Assembly (NCBI GenBank): GCA_036149055.1
Contig: JAYZQJ010000014.1
Span: 64,001 to 128,000, forward strand
Source: Myxococcota bacterium
Lineage (GTDB): Bacteria; Myxococcota_A; Polyangia; Polyangiales; Sandaracinaceae
Direction: 5' to 3'
Length of the DNA: 64,000 nucleotides
The notes beneath the pieces were generated by a model. It made no database searches. It saw only the letters and a list, made by a program, of their open reading frames with translations, and had not been told where the DNA came from. The stretch's first letter is position 1, and every line of letters begins with the position of its first letter. Of the stretch, positions 17,097 to 26,511 are shown in pieces. Position numbers and translations under genes: made by a program.

Positions 17097-18741
17097 GGGG
17101 CAGCTCCCACTCCTCGAGGCGGCTCCCCGACGGCGCGTAGCGCACGACGTAGCGTCGGTCGGCGCGCACCCCGGTGAACGTCTCGGTCCCGTAGCCGCTC
17201 GGCCAGGTGACGCGCAGGTCGACCGTCTCGTGGGTGTCGGTGCCGAGGTGCGCGACGGTCGGGATCCCCTGCTGGTAGGAGCGCACCGTCCGGTAGCTCG
17301 AGCCGACGCGCGTGCTCGTCCCGGGCGCGAGCGCCTCCACCACCGCGCCGAGCGCGTCGCGGTTGCGCCCCGCGCCCATCGCCTCGGCCGAGAGCACGAC
17401 CTGCACGTAGTGTCCGGCCTCCGGGGTGGTGTTCCGCCAGAGCATCAGCTCCGCGTCCGGGATCTCGTCGCGCAGATCGTAGCCCACGAAGTCCACGCGC
17501 CCGTCGCCGTCGTAGTCGTGCGGCGCGGTGGTGGGCCGCGACCCGTGGTGATTCCCGTCGATCGAGATGTCGAAGGTCCGCGCGTTGTCGGCGCGCTCGA
17601 AGACGAGGCCGCCGCGGTTGAGCAGGAGGTTCGTGGAGCCGGGGCCCCGGCCCATGATCAGCACGTCCACGTGCCCGTCGTTGTTGTAGTCGGCGACGCT
17701 GTGCGCGGCCTTGGTCGCCACCGTGTCGATGACGTTGAAGGGGGTGGCGAGCGGGTGACGGCGGAAGCTGCCCCCCGCCTGCTGCACGACGATCCAGAGC
17801 TCGTCGTCGCCGGTGTAGCAGAGCACGTCGACGTCGCCGTCGAGGTCGGCGTCGAACACGAGCGAGCGCGATCCGGAGCAGCCCGCGAACGCCGGCCCGA
17901 CCGATCCGCCGCGGAAGGTGCCGTCGCCGTTGCTCTCCCAGCTCGGGCCGTCGGGGACCACGAGGTCCGGGTAGCTGTCGCCCGTCCAGTCGAAGACGAT
18001 GGCCGAGTCGACGCTGTCGAGCGTGGCGAGCACCGACCCATCCAGGCGGTAGAGCACCGGGCCCTCGTGGGCCACCTCGAGCGCGCCGTCTCCGTCGAAG
18101 TCGGCGACGGTGAGCGCGGCGCGGTTGCCCCACGGGCCGTGGTGGAAGACCGCGCGGGGCACCCCGCCCACGCGGCTCGTGGTGTTCTCGATCCACCCGT
18201 CTTCGCCCTCGGTCGTCCGGCCGATCGCGTCGAGGTCGCCGTCGCCGTCCAGGTCCGCCAGCTGGACGTTCCAGCCCCCGGTGAAGAACGGGGCGGTCTC
18301 CGCGGTCCAGCCGGACGCGACGGTGAAGGTGCCGTCGCCGTCGCCGGTCCACATGCAGTGGGTCGTCCGGGAGTGCGACCACGACTGCAGGTCCACGTGC
18401 CCGTCGCGGTTCCAGTCGCCGAGGCTGAAGCCGAAGGGGTTGGCGCTCTCGCACGCCCCGTCGAGCGCGCCGATCGTCGCGTGGGCGAAGCTCGGGTCAC
18501 CCGCCTCGGGGGGCGGCCGCGGGGGGCCGGCGTCCGGGGGCGTCGCCGGGCCGCCGTCCTCTCCGCGCCCGGCGTCCTCCTCGCCGCCGCCGTCCGCGGG
18601 GGGCGGGACGATGGGCCCGGCGCCGTCGGTCGGCGCGCCCCCGTCGGGGAGGCGGCGCGCGGCGTCCGGCTCGACCGGGGCGGGGTCACAGCCGGCCGCG
18701 AGGAAGACCAGGAGGAGGGCGAGGATGCGTGAAGCGTGCAT
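17086..18741 (-). CDS. FG-GAP/VCBS repeat lipoprotein with ASPIC/UnbV C-terminus (CRTAC1-like)
   Basis: Multiple DxDGDGxxD repeats; NRDALGAVV..AHLG..LRVTWPSG; lipobox AAGC. Confidence 0.85.
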   Translation of the reverse strand: MHASRILALLLVFLAAGCDPAPVEPDAARRLPDGGAPTDGAGPIVPPPADGGGEEDAGRGEDGGPATPPDAGPPRPPPEAGDPSFAHATIGALDGACESANPFGFSLGDWNRDGHVDLQSWSHSRTTHCMWTGDGDGTFTVASGWTAETAPFFTGGWNVQLADLDGDGDLDAIGRTTEGEDGWIENTTSRVGGVPRAVFHHGPWGNRAALTVADFDGDGALEVAHEGPVLYRLDGSVLATLDSVDSAIVFDWTGDSYPDLVVPDGPSWESNGDGTFRGGSVGPAFAGCSGSRSLVFDADLDGDVDVLCYTGDDELWIVVQQAGGSFRRHPLATPFNVIDTVATKAAHSVADYNNDGHVDVLIMGRGPGSTNLLLNRGGLVFERADNARTFDISIDGNHHGSRPTTAPHDYDGDGRVDFVGYDLRDEIPDAELMLWRNTTPEAGHYVQVVLSAEAMGAGRNRDALGAVVEALAPGTSTRVGSSYRTVRSYQQGIPTVAHLGTDTHETVDLRVTWPSGYGTETFTGVRADRRYVVRYAPSGSRLEEWELPRGE

Positions 18742-18753
18742 GCCCCCGCCCAC

Positions 18754-18769
18754 AGCAAGCGCCGCGCCG
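18754..18769 (-). promoter_or_regulatory. putative sigma54 (-24/-12) promoter
   Basis: Minus strand CGGCGCGGCGCTTGCT = GG-N10-GC with TTGCT, immediately upstream of ATG 18741; sigma54 activator gene in same cluster. Confidence 0.65.
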
Positions 18770-18811
18770 CCCGCCCTGGCGGGGGGACGGCGCGACGGAT
18801 CGCCGGCTGCG

Positions 18812-18840
18812 CCAGACCAATGGTCTGGGCCAGCAGACCA
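18812..18840. promoter_or_regulatory. palindromic candidate enhancer (UAS)
   Basis: CCAGACCA-A-TGGTCTGG perfect inverted repeat plus extra CAGACCA half-site at 18834-18840. Confidence 0.6.
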
Positions 18841-18856
18841 GCTCACCCAGGCCAGG

Positions 18857-19672
18857 TCAGCCGCCGGTGCCGACGAAGAGGTCGATCACGAACAGGACCG
18901 CTCCGGTGACGGCGAGCCCGAGGGCCACGTTGGTCGCGTCGCGGAAGGCGCTGCCCTCCCTCGCGGCGTCGAGGGTCGGGCGCATCACGTAGTCGTCGTG
19001 CAGGCTCTGGGCGTGCACGCCGAGGCCGATCGTCGCCCCGGTCGCGCCGGCGGAGAGCGCGAGGCCGAGCCCGCCGAGCCACCCGATCGCCGGCGATCCG
19101 CCGGGCTCGGAGACCGGCGCGGCGGCCGGGACCTCGATGACGCGCGCCGGGGGCTCGACCACCGAGAGCAGCACCCGCTCGCCCTCGCTCAGGTCGACCT
19201 CCTCGCTCCAGGCGCGGTCGTCGAGGTGGGCGGAGATCCGGTGCGCGCCGGGGTCCTCGGCCGTCTCGCAGGGGAGCCGGCACCGCGGCTCGTCGTCCAC
19301 CGAGAGCAGCGCGCCGTCCCAGCCGCTCGCGCGCACGAGGGCCAGCCGGGCCCGGTTCGCCTCCGCCTGCGCCGCGGCCTGCTGGCGAGCCTCCTCCGGC
19401 ACCTCCTCGCTCTCGGCCGCGCGCTCGAACTCCTCCGCCGCCTCGCGGTGCCGACCGAGCTGCTCGAGGCAGAGCGCGATGTTGAAGCGCACCGCGTCCC
19501 GCGGGTCGATCTCGAGCGCGCTGCGGAAGCGCGCGAGGGCCTCGCCCCAGCGCTCGCCCTCGAACGCCTCGAGGCCGAGCCGGAACTCGTCGGCGGCGCT
19601 CGTCTGCGCGTGGGCGAGCCCCGGCGCGAGGAGCGCGACGAGCGCGAGCAGGAGCGCGAGCCGCCTCATCAT
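18857..19672 (-). CDS. TPR + PEGA-like domain membrane protein
   Basis: Signal peptide (AHA), TPR helices (FNIALCLEQLGR), GALLSVDDEP..PGAHRI, two C-terminal hydrophobic segments. Confidence 0.8.
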   Translation of the reverse strand: MMRRLALLLALVALLAPGLAHAQTSAADEFRLGLEAFEGERWGEALARFRSALEIDPRDAVRFNIALCLEQLGRHREAAEEFERAAESEEVPEEARQQAAAQAEANRARLALVRASGWDGALLSVDDEPRCRLPCETAEDPGAHRISAHLDDRAWSEEVDLSEGERVLLSVVEPPARVIEVPAAAPVSEPGGSPAIGWLGGLGLALSAGATGATIGLGVHAQSLHDDYVMRPTLDAAREGSAFRDATNVALGLAVTGAVLFVIDLFVGTGG

Positions 19673-21264
19673 GGGTCCTCGTAGGGCGAGGCGAGCGGCC
19701 GGACCTGCGTCGGCTCCTCCCGGGGCGCGCGTCGCCGACGCCTCGCGCGTCGGGTGGTCCGACGCTGCGGCTCGACCTCCTCGGTGGGCTCGGCGCTCCC
19801 TGACACGACCTCGGGGGCCGCGACCTCGGGGGCCGCGACCTCGCGGGGCGAGACCTCGGGGAGCGTGAGCGTGGCGCCGTCGTCCGCCTCGGTCAGGGTG
19901 CGGGCGTGCGCCCGGCCGGCGGTGTCCACGAGCACGACGCTGCGCTCCCCGCCTTCGCCGAGCGCGACGCGCAGCGGGCGGCGCGCGTCGGCCACGCCGT
20001 CGACCAGGACCGACGCCACCCCCGCGCCGACGTCCACCCGCACCTCCCGCGGGGCCGCCTCCGCGGCGACCGGGGCCTCGGCCGGGGCCGGGGACGCGGT
20101 GCTCCGCTGCAGCCACCACCCCGCGCCGACGCCGACCGCGGCCAGCCCGACCGCGACCGCCACGAGCGGCCAGCGCAGGCCCCTCCCGGCTCCATCGGGC
20201 GCGGAGGCGTGCGAGGGGGCGGCGATCTCGCGGGTGTCCTCGCGCAGGCGCGCCGGCGCCGAGCGGAGGGTGGCCGCGATCCGCTCGTCCTCGACCGAGC
20301 GCTCGGCGGCGAAGGCGGCCTGCACGACGTCGCGCAGCGGCCCGACCCCGAGCCCGCCGCCGGCGGCCGCCGCCTGCTCGAACACGCGCGCCACCTCGGC
20401 CGCGCTCGACGGGCGCCGGAACGTCCGCCGATCGAGGCAACGATGAATGCACTCGCACACCGCCGCGGGCACCTCGGGCGCGAACGTCTCGAGCCGCGGG
20501 ACCTCGCGGTTGATGATGTTGAAGAGGGTCTCGCCGTCGCTCTCCCCGCGGAAGAGCCGGCGGCCGGAGAGGGTCTCGTAGGCGATCACGCCCAGCGCCC
20601 AGAGATCGGTGGCCCAGGTCGCGCGCGCCCCGTTCACCTGCTCGGGGGCCAGGTAGCTCACCTTGCCCTTCACCTCGCCGCTCCGGGTCGACGTGATGCG
20701 GCCGCGCGCGGCGGCGATGCCGAAGTCCACCACCCGCACCACGCCGTCGTAGCTGACGTGCACGTTCTGCGGGCTGACGTCGCGGTGCACGATCTCGAGC
20801 GGGGCGCCCTCTCGGTCCGTGGCGACGTGGGCGGCGTGCAGGCCCGAGGCCACCGACGAGAAGATCCCGTAGAGCATCGCCGGGGTGAGCGTCCGGGGCT
20901 CGGAGAGCCAGGTGCGCTGGAGCAGCCCCACCAGCGAGCGGCCGCGCAGGTACTCCATCACCATGAACGGCAGCCCGTCGCGCGTCGTGCCCACGTCGAA
21001 GACCTGCACGACGTTGGGGTGGTGCACGAACGAGGCGATGCGCGCCTCGTCGACGAACATGTCCACGAACCGCGGCTCGCCGGCCAGGTGAGGCAGCATC
21101 ACCTTCATCGCGAGGAGCCGATCGAAGCCGCCGGTGTCGTGTCGGCGCACGAGGTACACGGCCGCCATCCCGCCCTGCGCGATCTCGCCGACCACCTCGT
21201 AGCGATCGATCTCGTCGCCCGGCCCGGGGAGCGTGGCCCGCCGCTGCGTGAGCGCCTCGTTCAT
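19669..21264 (-). CDS. membrane Ser/Thr protein kinase
   Basis: IAQGGMAAV, AMK, HRDVSPQN, DFGIA, GKVSYLAPE, DLWALG; TM helix; ATGA overlaps at both ends. Confidence 0.95.
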   Translation of the reverse strand: MNEALTQRRATLPGPGDEIDRYEVVGEIAQGGMAAVYLVRRHDTGGFDRLLAMKVMLPHLAGEPRFVDMFVDEARIASFVHHPNVVQVFDVGTTRDGLPFMVMEYLRGRSLVGLLQRTWLSEPRTLTPAMLYGIFSSVASGLHAAHVATDREGAPLEIVHRDVSPQNVHVSYDGVVRVVDFGIAAARGRITSTRSGEVKGKVSYLAPEQVNGARATWATDLWALGVIAYETLSGRRLFRGESDGETLFNIINREVPRLETFAPEVPAAVCECIHRCLDRRTFRRPSSAAEVARVFEQAAAAGGGLGVGPLRDVVQAAFAAERSVEDERIAATLRSAPARLREDTREIAAPSHASAPDGAGRGLRWPLVAVAVGLAAVGVGAGWWLQRSTASPAPAEAPVAAEAAPREVRVDVGAGVASVLVDGVADARRPLRVALGEGGERSVVLVDTAGRAHARTLTEADDGATLTLPEVSPREVAAPEVAAPEVVSGSAEPTEEVEPQRRTTRRARRRRRAPREEPTQVRPLASPYEDP

Positions 21265-22565
21265 GGCCGCGGGCTCGCGAGCAGGTGCGGGGGCACGATG
21301 AACTCGACCAGGTTGCCGTCCAGCTCCTGGCTGGCGGTACCCCAGTCGCTGTTGAGCCAGACCGAGGCCAGCCCGCCCGAGGCGCCGAGGCGGGTGTGCA
21401 CGGTGGGGTGAGCGCGGTGGCTCATGAAGTGCCACGCGAAGGGCACCACCCGCGGGGGCTCGACCCGCGCGTCGATCAGGGCGAGCTGCGACCGCCGCGG
21501 GAGCACCTCGCTGACCTCCGGTCCGCAGTCCGCCCCGCCGTCCTGGCAGGAGCGGAAGGCCGCGACGAAGAGCCCGAGGTCGGGCGGCGCGCCGGCGATC
21601 AGCACCGGCACGATGTGGCGCTCGCCGACCGTGACCCGGGCGTCTCGCAGCTCGCCGCCGGTCGTCTCGGCGCCCAGCCGGACGTAGCGGAGGAAGTCGC
21701 CCTCTTCGTAGATCACGACGTGCTCGATCGCGTCGCCCGGCAGCTCCGTGACCCAGACGCGGGAGGGCGCGCGGGCGAAGGCGTGGCGCAGCGCCTCGGC
21801 GCCGTCGTCGCTCGCGTAGAAGACGATCTCGCTGCCCACCAGCGCGTAGTGATGGCGCCCGGTGGGCGTGAAGCGCGCGTCCGCCGTGGGGTGCTCGACC
21901 ACGACGCGGGGAGCGCCGCGGTCGCTCAGGTCGATCACCGCCGAGCCGCCGCCGCCCCGGACGATGAACCGCTCGCGGGCCGGATCGGCGTCCACCAGGG
22001 CGTAGCCGGAGGCGGGCAGCCCGGGGAGCAGCGGCGCGAGCGCCCACTCCTGCTCGCAGGTCAGCCGGAGGCCGGACACCGGCGGGCGGCAGAGCCCCAG
22101 CGCGTCGCCGTCCCGGCTCACCTGCCACACCTCGCGGCTGTCGTCGTCGAAGTAGGCCTGCCCCTCGACGATGAAGTCCGTCCTCCCCGCGGTCTCCAGC
22201 TCGTGGAGGCTCCACTCCGAGACGCTGCGCGTGAGCACGCGCTCCCCGAACGGCCCGAGGGGCGCCTCGGCCGGGTGCACCGTGTCGGCGACGTCGGCGA
22301 GGATCACGCGATGGCAGCTGCCGAAGTCCGGGTCCTCGCCGCGCTCCCCCTCGGCGGGCAGCGGCGGCGGCGTGGGCTCGGGGCCGAGCTCGCCGACGTC
22401 CTCGACCGGCGGATCACACGGCGTCGACGCGTCGACGTCGGCGTCCGGGTCCCCGGCGTCGCCGCGCCCCCCGTCGCTCTCGATGAGCGAAGTGTCGAAC
22501 GGCAGCGTGCAGCCCATCAGGCCCAGCGCCGCCCAGAGCACGAGAGCAGCCCTACCTGAAGCCAT
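21261..22565 (-). CDS. hypothetical lipoprotein (beta-propeller-like)
   Basis: Lipobox LMGC, DAG linker, overlaps both neighbours. Confidence 0.7.
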   Translation of the reverse strand: MASGRAALVLWAALGLMGCTLPFDTSLIESDGGRGDAGDPDADVDASTPCDPPVEDVGELGPEPTPPPLPAEGERGEDPDFGSCHRVILADVADTVHPAEAPLGPFGERVLTRSVSEWSLHELETAGRTDFIVEGQAYFDDDSREVWQVSRDGDALGLCRPPVSGLRLTCEQEWALAPLLPGLPASGYALVDADPARERFIVRGGGGSAVIDLSDRGAPRVVVEHPTADARFTPTGRHHYALVGSEIVFYASDDGAEALRHAFARAPSRVWVTELPGDAIEHVVIYEEGDFLRYVRLGAETTGGELRDARVTVGERHIVPVLIAGAPPDLGLFVAAFRSCQDGGADCGPEVSEVLPRRSQLALIDARVEPPRVVPFAWHFMSHRAHPTVHTRLGASGGLASVWLNSDWGTASQELDGNLVEFIVPPHLLASPRP

Positions 22566-23859
22566 GACGCCGGAGGAGCTCCATCAAGTAAGACCGGTTC
22601 ATCTTCGCGTCTCGCGCCGCCTGCCGCATGTTGCCGTCGGCGCGCTGCAGGGCGCGCTCCAGATAGCGTCGCTCGAAGTCCTCGACCAGCCGCGCCTTCG
22701 CGTCGCGGAACGGGAGCTCGAGCAGCGCGGCCGCGACGTCGGTCCCCGGGGCCGCCTCGGAGAGCGGGGTGGGCGGCGCGCCGAGCACCACCGTGCCGGC
22801 CACGAAGTTGCGCAGCTCGCGCACGTTCCCGGGCCAGTCGTGGCCCTGCGCCGAGCCGAGGGCCTCGCGGGAGAAGACCGTTCGGACGTCCTCGATGCCG
22901 TGGTCGAGGGAGAGGAAGTGCTCGATGAGCGCGGGGATGTCCTCGGGGCGCTCGCGGAGCGGCGGCACCCGGAGCGCGACCACCGCGACCCGGTAGTAGA
23001 GGTCGAGCCGGAACCGCTCCTGGTTCACCGCGGCCCGCAGATCGCGGTGGGTCGCCGAGATGACGCGCACGTCGACCTCGATCTCCTCGGTCCCGCCGAC
23101 CCGACGGAGCCGCCCGCGCTCGAGCGCGCCGAGCAGAGCGACCTGCTGCTCCTCGCCGAGCTCGCCGATCTCGTCGATGAAGAGCGTCCCGCCGTGGGCT
23201 CGCTCGAAGGCGCCCGCGTGGGCGCGGTCGGCCCCGGTGAACGCCCCCTTCTCGTGCCCGAACAGCTCGCTGGTGAAGAGCGTGCTCGAGAGCGCCCCGC
23301 AGTCGACGGTGACGAAGGCCTCGTCCTTTCGAGGGCTCGACTCGTGAATGGCCCGGGCGAGCAGCTCCTTGCCGGTGCCCGACTCGCCGAGGAGCAGCAC
23401 GCTCACGTCCGAGCGCGCGACCTGCTTCGCGGTGGCGAAGAGCTGGCTCATCATCGGCGCCGCCGCGTGCAGCTCTCCGAGCCGCTTCGGCCCGGCCAGC
23501 TCCATCACCACGTCGCCGTCGCCCACCTCGATCAGGGTGTTGCCGAGCCGCAGCCGCGCTCCCGAGGCCACCGAGAGCACGTCGCCCTCGAGGCGCCCCT
23601 CCACGCCCGTGCCGTTGGTGCTGCCGTGGTCGACGACCGCGATGCGATCGAGGTGGCGGCGCAGCTCGACGTGGTAGCGCGAGACCGCCGGGTCCGAGAG
23701 GCGCAGGTCGTTCCCCTCCGCCGTGCCGATCGAGAGCGAGTCGCTCGACGCGAGCGCGCGCGCCCCTTGATCCGGGCCGTCGATCACCCGGGCGCGGATG
23801 CGCCGGACCGGGTGTCCACGCTCGTGCATCGGAGCGGTCTCGTCGATCGGGGGCGCCAC
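22552..23859 (-). CDS. FHA-domain sigma54-dependent transcriptional activator (EBP)
   Basis: FHA (IGT..VSRYH..GSTNGT), GESGTGKE, GAFTGA, LFIDEIGE, WPGNVREL, Fis-type HTH. Confidence 0.95.
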   Translation of the reverse strand: MAPPIDETAPMHERGHPVRRIRARVIDGPDQGARALASSDSLSIGTAEGNDLRLSDPAVSRYHVELRRHLDRIAVVDHGSTNGTGVEGRLEGDVLSVASGARLRLGNTLIEVGDGDVVMELAGPKRLGELHAAAPMMSQLFATAKQVARSDVSVLLLGESGTGKELLARAIHESSPRKDEAFVTVDCGALSSTLFTSELFGHEKGAFTGADRAHAGAFERAHGGTLFIDEIGELGEEQQVALLGALERGRLRRVGGTEEIEVDVRVISATHRDLRAAVNQERFRLDLYYRVAVVALRVPPLRERPEDIPALIEHFLSLDHGIEDVRTVFSREALGSAQGHDWPGNVRELRNFVAGTVVLGAPPTPLSEAAPGTDVAAALLELPFRDAKARLVEDFERRYLERALQRADGNMRQAARDAKMNRSYLMELLRRHGFR

Positions 23860-23890
23860 CCCGCATACCCTAGCAGGCTATGCTCGGGCG

Positions 23891-24493
23891 ATGTGGCAGC
23901 TGGAGGGTCGTGCCCTGGTGATCGCCAGCCACAACGCGGGCAAGGCGCGCGAGGTGGCCGACCTGTTTCGCCCCCTCGTGGGGGCGCTGCGGTTCGCGGC
24001 GGAGCTCGGCCTGCCCGAGCCGGTCGAGGACGGCGCGACCTTCGTCGAGAACGCGTCGATCAAGGCGCGCGCGGCGGCGGCGGCGACCGGCGAGCTCGCG
24101 GTGTCGGACGACTCGGGGCTGGTGGTCTTCGCGCTCGACGGGGCGCCGGGCGTGCACGCCAAGCGCTGGGGCGGCGGCGACTACGAGCGCGCGATGCGCA
24201 AGGTGCACGAGGCGCTCGGGGACCGCGACCGCGCGGCCGAGATGGTCTGCGCGCTGGTGATCGCCGCGCCCGACGGGTCCACCTGGAGCGCCGAGGGGCG
24301 GGTGCGCGGGCAGCTGACCTGGCCGCCCCGAGGGCAGCTCGGCTTCGGCTACGAGCCGATGTTCGTGCCGGAAGGCGAGCGCCGGACCTACGGGGAGATG
24401 GAGCGCGACGAGAAGCACCGGGACGATCCCCGGGCCCGGGCCTTCGGCGCGCTGCGGTTGCGCGCGAACTTCCCCGAAGCCAAAGGCAAGTGA
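23891..24493 (+). CDS. rdgB: RdgB/HAM1 non-canonical purine NTP pyrophosphatase
   Basis: ASHNAGKARE, TFVENASIKA, DDSGL, GAPGVH, GFGYEPMF. Confidence 0.88.
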   Translation: MWQLEGRALVIASHNAGKAREVADLFRPLVGALRFAAELGLPEPVEDGATFVENASIKARAAAAATGELAVSDDSGLVVFALDGAPGVHAKRWGGGDYERAMRKVHEALGDRDRAAEMVCALVIAAPDGSTWSAEGRVRGQLTWPPRGQLGFGYEPMFVPEGERRTYGEMERDEKHRDDPRARAFGALRLRANFPEAKGK

Positions 24494-25299
24494 TGACCGA
24501 GCTCGAGCACGGCCGCGGGAGCGGCGAACGAGAAGAGCCCCTGACCCCGCCCGAGACCAAGGCGCCGAGCCACGCGGAGCGGGCCCGGACCCTGGTGGCC
24601 TCCCAGAAGACCGGCACGCTGTGCACGGTCGCGCGCGATCCCGAGGGCTACCCCTACGGATCGTTCGTGACCTTCGCGCTCGACGGGCCCGACCCGGTGT
24701 TCCTCATCAGCACGCTCGCGGCCCACACCAAGAACCTCGAGGGCGACGGCCGCGCCTCGCTCCTCGTCGCCGAGCACGGCGAGGGCGACCCGCTCGCCTA
24801 CGGGCGCGTGACCCTGGTGGGCGACGCGGCCAAGCTCGACGACCCGGGCCCGGCGCGGGAGGCCTTCCTCGCGGCCCACCCGAACGCCGCCTACTACGCC
24901 GACTTCAGCGACTTCGCCTTCTGGAAGCTGCGGGTGACGAGCGTGCGCTACATCGGCGGCTACGGGCGCATGTCGTGGGTGGACGTCGCGGACTGGCGCG
25001 GCGCGGAGGCGGACCCGCTGGCCGCGCACGTCGACGGGATCGTCTCGCACATGAACGAGGACCACGCCGACGCCCTCGTCAGCTACGCCCGCGCCTTCAC
25101 CCGGGCGACCGAGGCCGAGCAGGTCACGATGAGCCACATCGATCGCTACGGGTTCGAGATGAGCGTGGAGACCGAGCGGGGCCCGCGGCCGGCTCGGATC
25201 GCCTTCGAGGCCGAGATCGCGACGCCGCAGGAGGCGCGCAAGGCGCTGGTGGCGATGGTGAAGGCGGCCCGGGCGAAGCTTCAGGCGCAGACGCCGTAG
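24493..25299 (+). CDS. HugZ-like pyridoxamine 5'-phosphate oxidase-family protein with DUF2470
   Basis: GYPYGS, ISTLAAHTKNL, RYIGGYGRMSW, HMNEDHAD, IDRYG; TGATG coupling with rdgB. Confidence 0.9.
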   Translation: MTELEHGRGSGEREEPLTPPETKAPSHAERARTLVASQKTGTLCTVARDPEGYPYGSFVTFALDGPDPVFLISTLAAHTKNLEGDGRASLLVAEHGEGDPLAYGRVTLVGDAAKLDDPGPAREAFLAAHPNAAYYADFSDFAFWKLRVTSVRYIGGYGRMSWVDVADWRGAEADPLAAHVDGIVSHMNEDHADALVSYARAFTRATEAEQVTMSHIDRYGFEMSVETERGPRPARIAFEAEIATPQEARKALVAMVKAARAKLQAQTP

Positions 25300-26501
25300 C
25301 GGACGCCTCGGATCGTGGTGCGCGGCGTGAGCTCGTTGCATCTCCCGACCGCGCAGCTCGGGGCGTCGAGATCGCAGACCTGACGACAGACGTCGTCGGC
25401 GCACGCGAAGCCGGGCCGGCACTCGGTGAAGGTCGGGCAGGGCTCGCCCTCCCCGGCCGTGCCGGGCACGAGGCACACCGTGTCGATGATGGTCGCGCCG
25501 GTCTCGACCGCCGTGAAGGCGCTGAGGTAGCAGCCGCCGCCGGCCGTACAGCCCGAGCCGTCTCGGGCGTCGCACACGTGAGTGCAGAGACCGACGGCCG
25601 CTCCGGACGTGGGCTCCACGCACCGGGCGCCATCGCAGATGGCGTCGGCGTCGCAGTAGGGGCGGCAGGTCGCGCCGTTGGTGGGACACGTCAGCCCGGC
25701 CGCACAGTCCTCGTCGCGCGCACAGGGCTCGCCCTCGTTCGCGCTCCCCTCCGGGATGCACCGCGGGGCGGCCGCGCGGGAGCACATCTCGCCGGCCGGG
25801 CAGCCGCACTGGGGCGCGACGAGCCGGCAGGGATCGTCCGGGCAGAAGCCCGCGTCCGCGAGGCCGGCGTCCACCGGGCCGGCGTCGAGCCCGCCGTCGC
25901 CGAGGGTCACGCAGCCGTCGACCCGATCGCAGACGCCGCTCCCGCAGGCGCTCGACTCGAGGCGCTCGCCGCAGACGCCCTCGAGGCAGACCGCGTCCGC
26001 GCAGTCCTGGGCCGGCGCCGGGCAGTCGGCCGCGACCGCGCACTCCGGCGACGCGCAGAGCTCCGGGGTCTCGGGGCTGCAGCGGGCGTCCACGCAGGCG
26101 CCGCCGCGGCAGGTCTCGGTCAGCTCGTCGCAGGGCACGTCGCGGCAGTCCGCCGTCACCACCAGGGTCACCGCCTGGGCCGACTCGCGGAGGGTGACGA
26201 TCACGCTCCCGCGCACCACCTCGGTCGCGCCCTGGAAGAGGCCGAGCCGGACCCGGTAGGTGCCGGCCGGGAGCCCGTCGAGCTCGGCGACCCGCCCCGA
26301 CTCGCGCGGCGCGTCCTCTTCGACCGTGCGCAGCGGCGTGCGGCTCGACGCGGGGAAGAGCTGCGTCACCGCGCGATCGAATTCCTGGCCGGCGCGGAGA
26401 TCGGTGCGGAGGTCCACCGTGAGCAGCCGGCCCTCGTCCTCGCAGCCGAGCCCGGCCAGGGCGACGAGCAAGATCGCGAGGCGTCGCATCCCCCTCGTCA
26501 T
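25281..26501 (-). CDS. Cys-rich lipoprotein
   Basis: Lipobox GLGC, VDLRTDL N-domain, CRLVAPQCGCP module. Confidence 0.8.
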   Translation of the reverse strand: MTRGMRRLAILLVALAGLGCEDEGRLLTVDLRTDLRAGQEFDRAVTQLFPASSRTPLRTVEEDAPRESGRVAELDGLPAGTYRVRLGLFQGATEVVRGSVIVTLRESAQAVTLVVTADCRDVPCDELTETCRGGACVDARCSPETPELCASPECAVAADCPAPAQDCADAVCLEGVCGERLESSACGSGVCDRVDGCVTLGDGGLDAGPVDAGLADAGFCPDDPCRLVAPQCGCPAGEMCSRAAAPRCIPEGSANEGEPCARDEDCAAGLTCPTNGATCRPYCDADAICDGARCVEPTSGAAVGLCTHVCDARDGSGCTAGGGCYLSAFTAVETGATIIDTVCLVPGTAGEGEPCPTFTECRPGFACADDVCRQVCDLDAPSCAVGRCNELTPRTTIRGVRYGVCA

Positions 26502-26511
26502 ACGCCCCGCG

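Noticed and set aside
19805..19862. 15-bp tandem repeat (PEVAA) in the kinase gene
   Set aside because: Ordinary in-frame low-complexity linker
22171..25299. 1042-aa ORF as a single fusion protein
   Set aside because: Only the part from ATG 24493 is a recognisable HugZ-like protein; the rest overlaps the EBP antisense and rdgB in another frame
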